The notes: generated by a model from the letters alone, not told the origin. A stretch of 64,000 bases of DNA from Candidatus Aenigmatarchaeota archaeon (GCA_018920345.1 JAHLMN010000006.1:8817-72816); one strand, 5' to 3'. Positions 1 through 9,996 are shown, counted from the stretch's first letter. Made by a program: numbers and translations.

Positions 1-1386
1 ATCTATTTCTGTCTCTAAAACTTTCATTTTTCTAAATCTTTTATCTACTTGTATAATTCTGTCAGCAGGCTCTTCACTTAATCTTCCATACTCATCATGT
101 TCATCTGTAGCAGCTTTAAATATAGTATTTTCTTGAGATGGTAAAGCCCTCAAAGAAATACCAGAAATAGTATTTTCATATCTTTTATAATCTTGTATAT
201 TTTTTGCTTTATCTTCACTTAACAATTGTCCTCTATCTATCTTCATTCCATCTATAAAGAATGGATCTGTTGTTGCATGTGACTCAGCTAAGAATTTATC
301 TGTAATTATTATAACAGGCAACTGATATTTTTCTGCAATATTAAATGCATTAAAAGTTTCATAAAAACATTCATTAACATCCCCTGGTGCAACAATAACT
401 CTTGGGAACTCGCCATTTGATGCATGCATAGCAAACCTCAAATCTCCTTGCTCTGTGTGTGTTGGTAATCCAGTAGAAGGGCCTGGTCTTTGTGCTAATA
501 CAACTACTAATGGTGTTTCTGTAATTGCAGCTAAACCTAAAGCTTCTGTCATTAGTGAAAATCCTCCACCAGATGTTCCTGTCATTGCTCTTACTCCTGC
601 AAAACTAGCACCAATTGCCATATGTATAGCAGCAATCTCATCTTCTGTTTGCTTTACAATTATATTATAATCATTTTCTTTAGATGCTAAATAATGCAAA
701 ATAGACGACGCAGGAGTCATAGGATAAGCTGCATAAAATTTGCAACCAGCTTTTATAGCACCAATCGCGATAGCTTCGTTTCCATTTATATACATCCTTT
801 TTTGTTTTCCATTGCTTTTTATTTTAATTTTGTTTATATTTTGAAATTTTTCTAACACATATTCATAACCAGCCTTTGCAACGTTTATGTTTGTTTGGGC
901 TATATCTTCACCCTTTTTTCCTTTGAATGTATCTCTTATAGCATCATACAAAATTTCTGGATCAACATCAATTAAAGCAAAACTAGCACCTAAAGCAACA
1001 TTATTTCTCATTATGTTTTGGCCGCCTTTTTCTATTGCTATTTTGGTTAATGGTACAGGAATTAAATTAATTCCTTTTAATTCTTTAACATTAACAAAAC
1101 CTTCATCATAAATTATAAAACCATCTTTTCTAACCTCTTTTTTATGCTTTTCTATAGCAATATCTGTTAATGCAACAAGGATATCTATTTTTTTTGAATG
1201 GGAAAAAACAGGATCTTCACTTATCCTAACAGTATAAGTGTTGTGGCCACCTCTTATTAAAGATGGATATTCATTTGTATCAAATACAAAAAATCCTGCT
1301 CTAACAAAAGATTTACCTAGAATAAAACCTGTAGTCATTATTCCATAACCAGCTTCTCCACCTATCTTCCAAGAAAATTCAGACAT
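1..1386 (-). CDS. 2-oxoacid:ferredoxin oxidoreductase alpha subunit (gamma-alpha fusion), runs off left edge
   Basis: Manual translation from ATG at 1386: MSEFSWKIGGEAGYGIMTTG, YPSLIRGGHN, YPMTPASS, QTEDEIAAI, TGTSGGGFSLMTEALG, QRPGPSTGLPT; not in ORF track because no stop in window. Confidence 0.93.
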   Translation of the reverse strand, partial: MSEFSWKIGGEAGYGIMTTGFILGKSFVRAGFFVFDTNEYPSLIRGGHNTYTVRISEDPVFSHSKKIDILVALTDIAIEKHKKEVRKDGFIIYDEGFVNVKELKGINLIPVPLTKIAIEKGGQNIMRNNVALGASFALIDVDPEILYDAIRDTFKGKKGEDIAQTNINVAKAGYEYVLEKFQNINKIKIKSNGKQKRMYINGNEAIAIGAIKAGCKFYAAYPMTPASSILHYLASKENDYNIIVKQTEDEIAAIHMAIGASFAGVRAMTGTSGGGFSLMTEALGLAAITETPLVVVLAQRPGPSTGLPTHTEQGDLRFAMHASNGEFPRVIVAPGDVNECFYETFNAFNIAEKYQLPVIIITDKFLAESHATTDPFFIDGMKIDRGQLLSEDKAKNIQDYKRYENTISGISLRALPSQENTIFKAATDEHDEYGRLSEEPADRIIQVDKRFRKMKVLETEID

Positions 1387-1428
1387 ATTTCACTTAAACA
1401 TAATATATTTTCTTTAAAAAATAATTTT

Positions 1429-1947
1429 CTATTTTGTAGAATTTCTATAAACTTCTCTCCCTAAAATCCAATCTGCAGGTATAGGCAAAATTCCATAAGG
1501 TGTTTGTACTTGAGCATAAATTTGATTATCCCCAGGAAATTTTGTGTAACCTAGTACAATTCCAAAAGAACCCGGAGAAAAACCATAACCATCTAATCCA
1601 GATAAATCTATTTTTGAATTAATTTCAGGATAATTTTCATCTTTTCCATTAGATCTTAAAGAATTATAAATTCTAATTATTCCAGAAGTGTTGAGAAAGT
1701 CTGCAGGTCTAGAGCCATCAAAACCTTCTATTTTTATTTTTTTTGTTTTTATTTGACCATCATCTTTATATTTAAAATTTATTTCAATAGTTCTACCTTT
1801 TTGTTCATAAGATAATTCGCAGGTACCGTTGCCAAATTTTTCAAAAAAACCTATTAAATAATCTAAAATTTCAACTAAATCTCTTGTGTTTTGAATTGTT
1901 TCAACTTTAATTGTTCCATCGTCTCTTAACCCTTTTATTTTACCCAT
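1429..1947 (-). CDS. hypothetical protein
   Basis: 172-aa ORF with GGTGG SD-like motif upstream; no recognisable motif. Confidence 0.6.
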   Translation of the reverse strand: MGKIKGLRDDGTIKVETIQNTRDLVEILDYLIGFFEKFGNGTCELSYEQKGRTIEINFKYKDDGQIKTKKIKIEGFDGSRPADFLNTSGIIRIYNSLRSNGKDENYPEINSKIDLSGLDGYGFSPGSFGIVLGYTKFPGDNQIYAQVQTPYGILPIPADWILGREVYRNSTK

Positions 1948-2115
1948 AAAACCACCAGAAATTCAAACACCTGACATGGTCCCCTGCAATTACAGGATCA
2001 ACCCAATTAACCCCAAATAAATTTGCTTAATAAAAAACTTTTTAAAATTCTTCTTAAAAACCAAATATTTCATTTTAATCTTAGAAAATTATTTAAAAGA
2101 TAAAAAATAAAAATT

Positions 2116-2553
2116 TTACTCTAAATTTTTGACAATATCACCAACTTTAATGTTATTTTTTTTGCTAAAATTTGCATTAACTTCCAAAACATATTTCGAT
2201 GGGTATAAAGATGGATATATTGGACAAGGATCTTCATAACAAGGTTGAACATTCTCTTTTATTTCATTTATAGTTCCATTAGATGAAATAAAAATCATAT
2301 CCAAAGGCAAAAATGTATTTTTCATCCAAAATGTAACATTCATTTCTTTGTCAAAAACAAAAACCATACCATTATTTTCAGCTAAACTTTTTCTAAACAT
2401 TAAACCTCTAGATCTTTTTTCATTATCATCTGCTACTTCAGCATTCACTTTAACAATTCTATGATCTGATGTATAAATTTCTATAACTTTTTCGACACAT
2501 CCACTAAGAAAAATCAAAACCAGTAAAACAAAAATTTCACTTTGCATATTCAA
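2116..2553 (-). CDS. DUF192 family exported protein
   Basis: EVAD..RSRGLMFR, GMVFVF, FWMKNTFLPLDMIFI, YVLEVNA; N-terminal signal ending LSGC. Confidence 0.9.
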   Translation of the reverse strand: MNMQSEIFVLLVLIFLSGCVEKVIEIYTSDHRIVKVNAEVADDNEKRSRGLMFRKSLAENNGMVFVFDKEMNVTFWMKNTFLPLDMIFISSNGTINEIKENVQPCYEDPCPIYPSLYPSKYVLEVNANFSKKNNIKVGDIVKNLE

Positions 2554-3196
2554 TCATTTCTTTTAACACTTTTTCTGGTTGTTTTGATTTAACAATAGCA
2601 GAGCTTACTAAAACACCTACCGCTCCTAATTCTATTGCTTTTTTAACATCTTCACCTTTACTTATACCTGCACCGCAAATAACTTTTATATTTTTGTCAA
2701 TTTTTTTCACGGCTTCAACAGAATCAGAAATAACTTTAGGTTTTACTTGAGAGACAGCTATTCCAGTTTCTATTAACTCAGGTGGCTCGATTGCTATATA
2801 ATCAGGTTTTAGCTTAGTACACAAAGAAACCATTTTTTTATCAACTGCACAAACAATAGACAATATTCCTGCTCTTCTGCAAGCTTCTATACATTTTTTT
2901 ATTTCTTCAAAACTTAATTGATGCTCTGAATGATTTATTAAACTCCCTATTGCACCAGCTTCTTTTACAGATTCAGCCAAAACCCAACCTGTATTCCTAC
3001 CAAAATCAATAGGATCTATATGTTGAGCAATTAATGGAACTTTATATTTTGATAAAAGTCTTAAATCAGCTGTTTGTGGGCAAAAGGCAAAATTTCCTTT
3101 AACTTTAGAAAATTTTTTAGCCAATTTTTCAGCGTTTTTTCCAGTGCTTTCTTTATATGTTTTAAAATTTACTATTACAAAAGGTTCTTTAAGCAT
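2537..3196 (-). CDS. tpiA: triosephosphate isomerase, archaeal type
   Basis: VNFKTY, AQH, INHSEH, IAIEPPELI, CGAGI motifs. Confidence 0.95.
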   Translation of the reverse strand: MLKEPFVIVNFKTYKESTGKNAEKLAKKFSKVKGNFAFCPQTADLRLLSKYKVPLIAQHIDPIDFGRNTGWVLAESVKEAGAIGSLINHSEHQLSFEEIKKCIEACRRAGILSIVCAVDKKMVSLCTKLKPDYIAIEPPELIETGIAVSQVKPKVISDSVEAVKKIDKNIKVICGAGISKGEDVKKAIELGAVGVLVSSAIVKSKQPEKVLKEMIEYAK

Positions 3197-3258
3197 AAAT
3201 AAAATTTGTTTTTTACAATAAAAAATTGATTTAAATATATTATTGTATAATTTTTTTT

Positions 3259-3999
3259 ATGGCTAAAAAACTTAGCAAAAAAGAAAAAAAGAGATTAAAA
3301 TATTTAGAGTCAATAAAAAAAGAGGAAAAAAAGGAAGAAAAACCTCAAACAAAGCCTATTTTTAAAATACCAAAGACCTTAATAATAGTAATTTCATTAA
3401 TAGTTTTGGTTGTGGTTTACTCCTATTATTCTAATCTAAACAGGCCACATTATGTACCAATAAAAACAGATACACCAATAGTTGGCAATCCTAATGCATC
3501 AATAACAATAAAATCTTTTAGCGAGTTTCAATGTCCTTATTGTGCTGATTTTTATACAAAAACATATCCAGAAATAAAATCAAAGTATATTGATACCGGT
3601 AAAGTAAAATTTATGTTTTATGAATTTCCTATTGAACAAATACATCCTTTCGCTTTGAAAGCTTCTGAAGCAGCAAGATGTGCTTATGAACAAGATAAAT
3701 ATGAAGAATATGCTCTTTTACTTTATTCAAGACAAAGTCAATGGGTAAAAGCGGGTCCTGGAAAATTCAAAGATTATGCAAGAGAATTAGGATTGAATGA
3801 AGAACAATTTAGTAAATGCTTAGATAGTGGAGTAATGAAAGAAATAGTAAAAAAAGAGCAGGAGGAAGGCAAGAGTTTACAAGTAACAGGAACACCAACT
3901 TTCTTTATTAATGACAGAAGAATTGTTGGCGCAAGACCATATGAAGATTTTGAAAAAGTAATACAAAGCTTACTTTCGGTAACTAATACAACTAGTTAA
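3259..3999 (+). CDS. membrane-anchored DsbA-family thiol-disulfide oxidoreductase
   Basis: TM helix, FSEFQCPYC, GTPTFFIN. Confidence 0.9.
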   Translation: MAKKLSKKEKKRLKYLESIKKEEKKEEKPQTKPIFKIPKTLIIVISLIVLVVVYSYYSNLNRPHYVPIKTDTPIVGNPNASITIKSFSEFQCPYCADFYTKTYPEIKSKYIDTGKVKFMFYEFPIEQIHPFALKASEAARCAYEQDKYEEYALLLYSRQSQWVKAGPGKFKDYARELGLNEEQFSKCLDSGVMKEIVKKEQEEGKSLQVTGTPTFFINDRRIVGARPYEDFEKVIQSLLSVTNTTS

Positions 4000-4990
4000 C
4001 GACATTTATTGGTGTTTTTTTTGAAAAATATTCTATATTTTCTATTGTAGTATCTAGTATTCTTAATAAAGCCTCTCTACTATAAAAAGCAATATGTGGA
4101 GTAAATATTACATTATCTCTGCTTAAAAGAATATGATCTTTTACTAAATTTCCCAAATTTTTTAATTTATCTTTGTCATAAATAAGTTGCTTTTCTTCTT
4201 TTATCAATTCTTCACCTTCTATTACATCCAAACCAGCACCAGATAGTATTCCCTTATCTAAAGCTTCTATTAAAGCTTCAGTATCAACACAACCCCCTCT
4301 TGCAGTATTTATCAATATGGCACCTTTTTTAATCAATTTTATATTATCTTTATTTATCAAATGATGTGTATCTTTGTTGTAAGGCACATGTATTGTTATT
4401 ATATCAGATCTTTTTAACAACTCTTCAAGATTAACATATTCAAACCCCATAACTTCTGCAAGAAACTTGTCTGGATGAAGTGTATTGACCAAAACATTCA
4501 TTCCAAATCCTTTTGCTATTCTTATTACATGCAAACCTATATGACCTGCACCTATAACTCCTATAGTTTTTCCTTTTAAATCAAAACCCTCAAGACCATC
4601 TATTGTAAAATCGTTTCTCAATGTTTTTAAATAAGATTTATGTATCTTTCTACTCAAAGATAATATTAATGCAAAAGTATGCTCAGCAACAGTATTTTCT
4701 CCATAAGTTGGTACATTGCAAACTGTTATACCTCTTCTTTTGCACTCAATCAAGTCAATATGATCATATCCGGTAGATCTAGTTGTTACTAACTTTAATT
4801 TTTTCATTTTATCTAAAACAGCTTTATTTACGTTAGAATATATGAAAATAGAAATTGCATCAGCATCTCTAGCTAGTTTTGCTGTTTCTTCATTAAGAAT
4901 TTCTTTACAAAAAATAATTTTATGACCTTTCAATTTTTTCTTTATATAATTTTCTTCCCACTTTTGTGTTTGATAAAAAACTATTTTCAT
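3992..4990 (-). CDS. D-isomer specific 2-hydroxyacid dehydrogenase (D-lactate dehydrogenase-like)
   Basis: RSTGYDHID, VAEH, GVIGAGHIG, LINTARG, TPHIAFYS. Confidence 0.9.
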   Translation of the reverse strand: MKIVFYQTQKWEENYIKKKLKGHKIIFCKEILNEETAKLARDADAISIFIYSNVNKAVLDKMKKLKLVTTRSTGYDHIDLIECKRRGITVCNVPTYGENTVAEHTFALILSLSRKIHKSYLKTLRNDFTIDGLEGFDLKGKTIGVIGAGHIGLHVIRIAKGFGMNVLVNTLHPDKFLAEVMGFEYVNLEELLKRSDIITIHVPYNKDTHHLINKDNIKLIKKGAILINTARGGCVDTEALIEALDKGILSGAGLDVIEGEELIKEEKQLIYDKDKLKNLGNLVKDHILLSRDNVIFTPHIAFYSREALLRILDTTIENIEYFSKKTPINVVN

Positions 4991-5028
4991 AATTTTATAT
5001 AATACTTTTTTTATTTAAAAAAAATAAT

Positions 5029-5160
5029 TTAATTTATAGCTTTTTTATATAAATCCAGGTTACAACATTTTTTTTCTTTACAACATTTTTCACATTTTTT
5101 TGAATCTATTCTATTATTATATTTTATTCCACATATTTTACATACATAAATTTTCTTCAT
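5029..5160 (-). CDS. small Cys-rich zinc-finger-like protein (43 aa)
   Basis: Manual translation MKKIYVCKICGIKYNNRIDSKKCEKCCKEKKCCNLDLYKKAIN; fills the intergenic gap. Confidence 0.65.
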   Translation of the reverse strand: MKKIYVCKICGIKYNNRIDSKKCEKCCKEKKCCNLDLYKKAIN

Positions 5161-5195
5161 ATAATTAAATTTTTATAAAATCAAAATTTTAAAAT

Positions 5196-5822
5196 ATGAC
5201 AATACAATTTTTCGATAAAAAGACAAACAAATTCTATAAACTAGTTGAAACGTCAACATGGCCTACTGTAATAATATCAGGGATAAGAATGCATAGAACT
5301 GATCAAATAGATCCAAAATTAGATACTATTTTAAAGATAAAAAGTCTTGGAAAAATTTATGGTAAAATTCTTGATACATGTACTGGTTTAGGTTATACAG
5401 CAATTTTATCTGCTAAACAAAAAAATGTGAAACAAGTTTTAACAATTGAAAAAGACAAAAATATGATTTTTTTAGCAAAACAAAATCCTTTTTCTAAAGA
5501 TCTATTTGATAATGAAAAAATAATGTTGGTTTTACAAGATACCACTATAGCAATAAAAAATATAAAAGAAAATTTTTTCAATTTTATAATTCATGATCCA
5601 CCAAGATTTTCTTTAGCGCCAGAGCTGTATACACAAGATTTCTATAATGAATTATATAGAGTTTTAAAACCAAGAGGAAGATTATATCATTATACAGGTA
5701 AACCAGGAATTAAACAAGGGAAAAACATTTCAAAAAATATTTCCAAGAGATTAAGACTAGCAGGTTTTAAATTTGTTAAAAAAGTAGAAAAGGCAGATGG
5801 GTTAGTTGCTTTCAAATTTTAA
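5196..5822 (+). CDS. SAM-dependent methyltransferase (COG2521-like archaeal family)
   Basis: ISGIRMH, LDTCTGLGYTA, IIHDPPRFS, LYHYTG. Confidence 0.85.
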   Translation: MTIQFFDKKTNKFYKLVETSTWPTVIISGIRMHRTDQIDPKLDTILKIKSLGKIYGKILDTCTGLGYTAILSAKQKNVKQVLTIEKDKNMIFLAKQNPFSKDLFDNEKIMLVLQDTTIAIKNIKENFFNFIIHDPPRFSLAPELYTQDFYNELYRVLKPRGRLYHYTGKPGIKQGKNISKNISKRLRLAGFKFVKKVEKADGLVAFKF

Positions 5823-5872
5823 CAACAACCACAACCACATCCGCAACTTGTCTTAGTTTTTTTGCCTCCCAA
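5819..5872 (-). CDS. putative 17-aa Cys-rich peptide MGGKKTKTSCGCGCGCC
   Basis: TTG start 5 nt after GAGGTGA SD (5878-5884); last ORF of the sod gene string. Confidence 0.5.
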   Translation of the reverse strand: MGGKKTKTSCGCGCGCC

Positions 5873-5885
5873 TATATTCACCTCT

Positions 5886-5990
5886 TTATGGATCTGAGCA
5901 ATCTCTTTTGAATCCACAATTAAAGCACACTAGCTTACAGTGTACAGATTGTAGCTCAAAACCACAAATATCACAAATATAACTATTCAT
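5886..5990 (-). CDS. small zinc-finger protein (34 aa, CxxCG...CxNCG...DCSD)
   Basis: Manual translation MNSYICDICGFELQSVHCKLVCFNCGFKRDCSDP, starts 5 nt after sod stop. Confidence 0.75.
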   Translation of the reverse strand: MNSYICDICGFELQSVHCKLVCFNCGFKRDCSDP

Positions 5991-5995
5991 ATTAT

Positions 5996-6607
5996 TTAAA
6001 CCTTGCTAAATCTCTCTTCTACATTTTTCCAGTCTATATTTTTGAAAAAGGCCTCTATATAAGCAGCTCTATTTGTTTGAAAATCAAGCCAGTATGCATG
6101 CTCGTACATGTCTAAGGCTAAGATTGGTGTACTATTCCAAATAGGAAATGTGTTTTGGCTATCTCCTATTATGTTAAATAATCTTTTCATGTCTTTATCC
6201 CAAACAAGCCATGCCCAGCCTCTTGCACTAGCAGCAGTTCCTTTAAATTCAGCTTCCCATCTTTCAAAACTTCCAAAGTCCTTTTCTATTTGATTTAATA
6301 ATTTTCCTTTGGGTTTTCCTCCGTTTCCACCTAAATTATCAAAATATATTTCGTGATTTTTTATCCCACCTATAGCAAAAGTTAACTCAACCTTTAAGAC
6401 TCTTATCTGGGAAAAAGTAGCATTCCCACTTTTTACATCATCTATTCCTAAATTTTCTATTTTTTCCATTATTTCGTTGTATTTGTTAACATAGCCTTGA
6501 TATAATTTCATATGCTCTATTAAAGATTTTTCTGAAAAACCTTCCATTTTCAAAAGCTGAGGTTTTTTAGATAAAAAATCTATTGCAACTTTTTTTTCAA
6601 AACTCAT
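5996..6607 (-). CDS. sod: Fe/Mn superoxide dismutase
   Basis: EHMKLYQGYV, NHEIYF, LDMYEHAYWLDF; GAGGTGA SD. Confidence 0.93.
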   Translation of the reverse strand: MSFEKKVAIDFLSKKPQLLKMEGFSEKSLIEHMKLYQGYVNKYNEIMEKIENLGIDDVKSGNATFSQIRVLKVELTFAIGGIKNHEIYFDNLGGNGGKPKGKLLNQIEKDFGSFERWEAEFKGTAASARGWAWLVWDKDMKRLFNIIGDSQNTFPIWNSTPILALDMYEHAYWLDFQTNRAAYIEAFFKNIDWKNVEERFSKV

Positions 6608-6621
6608 AAAACATCACCTCT

Positions 6622-6945
6622 TTAATCAAACAAATTAGGGTTTTCTTTCAATAACCTTGCTGTTCTACTTAGTATGCTAAATCTAACATCTTCTTCTGAA
6701 ACCCCTTGAATAATCATATTGTATATTTCTTCAGCATACATCTTCACTTTTTTGTCATTAACAACAAACTTTAGTTTGCTATCATATTTGTCAGATAGAT
6801 ATTTACTTACTGCTGGTTGTGTGACTCCTAGAATATTGGCTATCTTCTTTTGTGTATATTTTTTACTAGCCAACATCTTAGCTATATTTGCCCTAATTGC
6901 TGGTAAAGCATATTTAGATGCATTTTCACAAGGTGTAGTAATCAT
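6622..6945 (-). CDS. HTH transcriptional regulator (COG2522-like)
   Basis: TPCE..LPAIRANIA..TQKKIANILGVTQPAVSKY. Confidence 0.85.
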   Translation of the reverse strand: MITTPCENASKYALPAIRANIAKMLASKKYTQKKIANILGVTQPAVSKYLSDKYDSKLKFVVNDKKVKMYAEEIYNMIIQGVSEEDVRFSILSRTARLLKENPNLFD

Positions 6946-6960
6946 ATAACCCTGTTATAT
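6944..6960. promoter_or_regulatory. perfect inverted repeat, candidate operator of the HTH-sod operon
   Basis: ATATAAC-CCT-GTTATAT overlapping the regulator start codon. Confidence 0.55.
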
Positions 6961-7040
6961 TTATTTCAAACAAATATATAAATATTTTACATCTATCCTA
7001 GAAAAGCAAGTTAAATTATTAACAAAAAGAAATATTAATT

Positions 7041-7808
7041 ATGGATATTTCAAAAATCAATAGATATATTTTACTTGTTTTTATCTTTATTTTGATAATT
7101 TCAATATTTTTTCTATCTAGAATATTTGTAAGAAGGCAAGTAAAAACATTTTCTGATGCAAAAAATTATGAATTGGAATTATCAGAATGTCAAAATATTT
7201 GCAATAAAATAAAGAATAATTGTAATATAGAAGATGCTGTTAATTATTGCACTAAAAAAGTATTTTTAGACATAGATTATAATGGAATAGTAGGAGAAGC
7301 TGGAAAAATAGGTATTTTAAATAACTATCCTTTCTGCGAAGATGGTATTTACTGTTTTCACTTAAATGATTGTAAATGTAATAAAACTAATCTAGATCCA
7401 GCAAATTGTTTAAAAATATTGTGTCAATATTACAATGATTCAGAAAATCCAATGGAAAAAATAAGGCAAACAATAACTTGGGGTAAATGTAAAAATAAAG
7501 ACAAAATTCAACCAGATTGGTGGTATGAATATTTTGGTTTTTATTCTGAAACATGCGAAAATATACAAAAAACAAAAGGTATAATAACAAATTGTTTTTA
7601 CTACGATAAAAAATTGACTTGTGAAACAACTTGTAGAAAAATAGATAATATAAGTTTTTTGAGTAGAGACATAAACCCAAATATTAACATAGAAGAGACA
7701 TATTACGGGAATACAATAAAAATAGATCTAGACTTTTGTTTGAAAAAAGAAAAAATAAAAATAGTATGTAAAGATCCGGAAATAGAAAAAATTCAATACA
7801 TATGCTGA
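7041..7808 (+). CDS. membrane-anchored Cys-rich hypothetical protein
   Basis: N-terminal TM, many Cys, DIDYNG motif. Confidence 0.75.
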   Translation: MDISKINRYILLVFIFILIISIFFLSRIFVRRQVKTFSDAKNYELELSECQNICNKIKNNCNIEDAVNYCTKKVFLDIDYNGIVGEAGKIGILNNYPFCEDGIYCFHLNDCKCNKTNLDPANCLKILCQYYNDSENPMEKIRQTITWGKCKNKDKIQPDWWYEYFGFYSETCENIQKTKGIITNCFYYDKKLTCETTCRKIDNISFLSRDINPNINIEETYYGNTIKIDLDFCLKKEKIKIVCKDPEIEKIQYIC

Positions 7809-8575
7809 CATTTTATTATTCTATCTGTTTTAACGAATCTTTCTTTTTCAAGTAAAACCAAACCAATTCCAACAATTTTATCTTCTACAAATATAGCAAC
7901 TTTATCATTTTTTTGTATGCTTCCATGAATTTTTTCTATCCAATCTTTTTTTATGAAATAACCATTCAATACTTTAGACAAAAAGTTTTTGTTTAAAAAT
8001 ATTTTTTTAGAATTATCAAGCAATCTAATTAATTCTATTAAACAATCTTCACTTAAATTATAAATATCACATGCATTTTTTATATCAAATTCCCCTATTT
8101 TTAATCTTCTTAAATCTTTTAGGTGAGCACCTCCAATATTTTTTCCCAAATCATCAACAAGCTTTCTTATATAAGTGCCAGCTTCAACTTTTGTTATAAA
8201 TTTTACATCTCTTCCATTTTTTTCAAGAATATCAAAAAAATAAACATATCTTTCTCTATAAACCCTTTTAACTCTGGATTTAACAGGTGGTTTTTGAACT
8301 ATTTTTCCTATAAATTTTTTTACCTCATTCTTCAATACTTGCTCATCAACATCTTTATGTAAATGCATTATTCCCTCATAAGTTTTATCCATTCTTTCAA
8401 ACAAAGGCATAGCCTTTGTAGCTTCATCCAAAGCTACTAGCATTAAACCCGTAGCATTTAAATCAAGAGTGCCAGAATGACCTGCCTTTTTGGCTTTAAA
8501 TTTTTGCTTAACTATTTCACAAACTTGTCTAGATGTAATTCCTCTAGGTTTATCTATCAATAAAACAAAACACAT
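7793..8575 (-). CDS. cbf5: RNA pseudouridine synthase Cbf5/TruB with PUA domain (short N-terminus)
   Basis: IDKPRGITS, GHSGTLD, QKPPVKSRVKR, EAGTYIRKL. Confidence 0.88.
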   Translation of the reverse strand: MCFVLLIDKPRGITSRQVCEIVKQKFKAKKAGHSGTLDLNATGLMLVALDEATKAMPLFERMDKTYEGIMHLHKDVDEQVLKNEVKKFIGKIVQKPPVKSRVKRVYRERYVYFFDILEKNGRDVKFITKVEAGTYIRKLVDDLGKNIGGAHLKDLRRLKIGEFDIKNACDIYNLSEDCLIELIRLLDNSKKIFLNKNFLSKVLNGYFIKKDWIEKIHGSIQKNDKVAIFVEDKIVGIGLVLLEKERFVKTDRIIKCQHMY

Positions 8576-8604
8576 AATAAAATTAAAACAAAAGCAAAAT
8601 TAAT

Positions 8605-9000
8605 CTATTTACTTTTTTTCTCTTTACTCTTAGTCGTCTTTTCTGTCTTACTCTTAGTCGTCTTTTCTTCTTTTTCTTCAGGCTCTTTTTTAGTCTTTTC
8701 TTCTTTTAACTCTTCTGGACTAGGTTTTTTCAAGTTAAGCTTTGAAATTAAACCCATCTTATCATAGGCTTCTATAACTTCTTTATCACTAGCATCTTCT
8801 TTTATCTTTAATAAATATTGTGTAGGTTCTAGATGCTCTATATTACACTTTCTCTTTTTTACTCCTGTCAAAGCCCTAGGCCCTGTTATCATAACAAAAT
8901 TGCTATCTATTGTTTTTAAAACAACACAATATCTACCAGCCTCTCTACCGGCTGTTTTTATACACAATCTACCAACTTCAAGTGTCGCCACTTTATTCAC
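8605..9000 (-). CDS. rpl14e: 50S ribosomal protein L14e with charged C-terminal tail
   Basis: EVGRLCIKTAGREAG, TGPRALTGVKKRKCNIEHLEPT; true start may be GTG at 8991. Confidence 0.93.
   Translation of the reverse strand: MNKVATLEVGRLCIKTAGREAGRYCVVLKTIDSNFVMITGPRALTGVKKRKCNIEHLEPTQYLLKIKEDASDKEVIEAYDKMGLISKLNLKKPSPEELKEEKTKKEPEEKEEKTTKSKTEKTTKSKEKKSK
8624..8668. repeat. 21-bp direct repeat (24-bp period) in the rpl14e tail
   Basis: TTACTCTTAGTCGTCTTTTCT at 8624 and 8648, encoding EKTTKSK twice. Confidence 0.8.
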
Positions 9001-9083
9001 CTCTCATTTATATTAAACACAAAAGCTTTTAAATAAACATCAAAAAAAAACAATTTAAACTACAATTTCAAATAAATATAATT

Positions 9084-9557
9084 ATGAAAGGAGTATCACC
9101 TTTAATAGCAACAGTTTTGTTAATTGCCTTTACTTTATCTATAGCAGGTCTTTTGGGAGGATGGTTATCAGGATTGACAAAAACTCAAACAGAAACATTA
9201 GAGAAAAGTTCTCAAGAGACAATGAACTGTACAGGCTCTGTCTTAAATATAATTAATGTAGTATGTGGTAATGCAACACCTAATGAACCAAATGCATTAA
9301 GAATAGTTTTGGCTAATGAAGGTAATAATGCTCTATATGGATTTTCAACATTTGCACAGGTAGGATCTAACCAATATATAAATTCAACAGGAGGGCCGAC
9401 TTCTGAATCTCCTCTAACACCTGGAGATCATGCAACACTTGAATATTATTGCCCAACTATTTGCACAGATGGATCTATAGTATCAAAAGTTAGAGTATCT
9501 CCATCAAATTGTCCAACAGCCTGGTCAGAAAAACTTGTTTCAGTTACTTGCAACTAG
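9084..9557 (+). CDS. archaeal type IV pilin-like protein
   Basis: Class III signal peptide MKG/VSPLIATVLLIAFT. Confidence 0.9.
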   Translation: MKGVSPLIATVLLIAFTLSIAGLLGGWLSGLTKTQTETLEKSSQETMNCTGSVLNIINVVCGNATPNEPNALRIVLANEGNNALYGFSTFAQVGSNQYINSTGGPTSESPLTPGDHATLEYYCPTICTDGSIVSKVRVSPSNCPTAWSEKLVSVTCN

Positions 9558-9964
9558 CCTTTTTTTATATCTTTGCTTAACTTTAGTATGCTTTTACCTA
9601 AAAGTTCATATTTTTCAGTTAATTTGTTATCTAGCTCTAAAACCTTTTTTACAATTTCTCTATATTTTTCTTCTTGTTCTTCTTTATATTTGGCTAAATC
9701 CATTTCTACTTCAAATGCTTTTGTCAAATAATTTGTTTGATCGTCTCTTAAATTATCAAGTTTCTTTATTATCTTATCTACATCGATATTATCAATTTTC
9801 TTTTCAATCTTCTTTATTGTGTCATCTCTTTTAACTTCTTTATACAGTAAAATAATTGCAAGAAGATTAAGTATTGATACTAGAAAAAAGATTGAAAGCT
9901 CTTTTATTGCAAACAAAAGGCTTAAAATAAACGATGTTATTATCAATATCCAAAACATTTTCAT
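9554..9964 (-). CDS. membrane protein with C-terminal coiled coil
   Basis: Two TM helices then heptad-rich region. Confidence 0.7.
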   Translation of the reverse strand: MKMFWILIITSFILSLLFAIKELSIFFLVSILNLLAIILLYKEVKRDDTIKKIEKKIDNIDVDKIIKKLDNLRDDQTNYLTKAFEVEMDLAKYKEEQEEKYREIVKKVLELDNKLTEKYELLGKSILKLSKDIKKG

Positions 9965-9996
9965 GAATTACAAAATAAAACTAAAACATTAAAACT

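Noticed and set aside
1948-2075. Possible frameshifted 5' extension of the 1429-1947 ORF
   Set aside because: The upstream frame is short and the annotated ATG has its own SD-like motif; cannot be supported without homologs.
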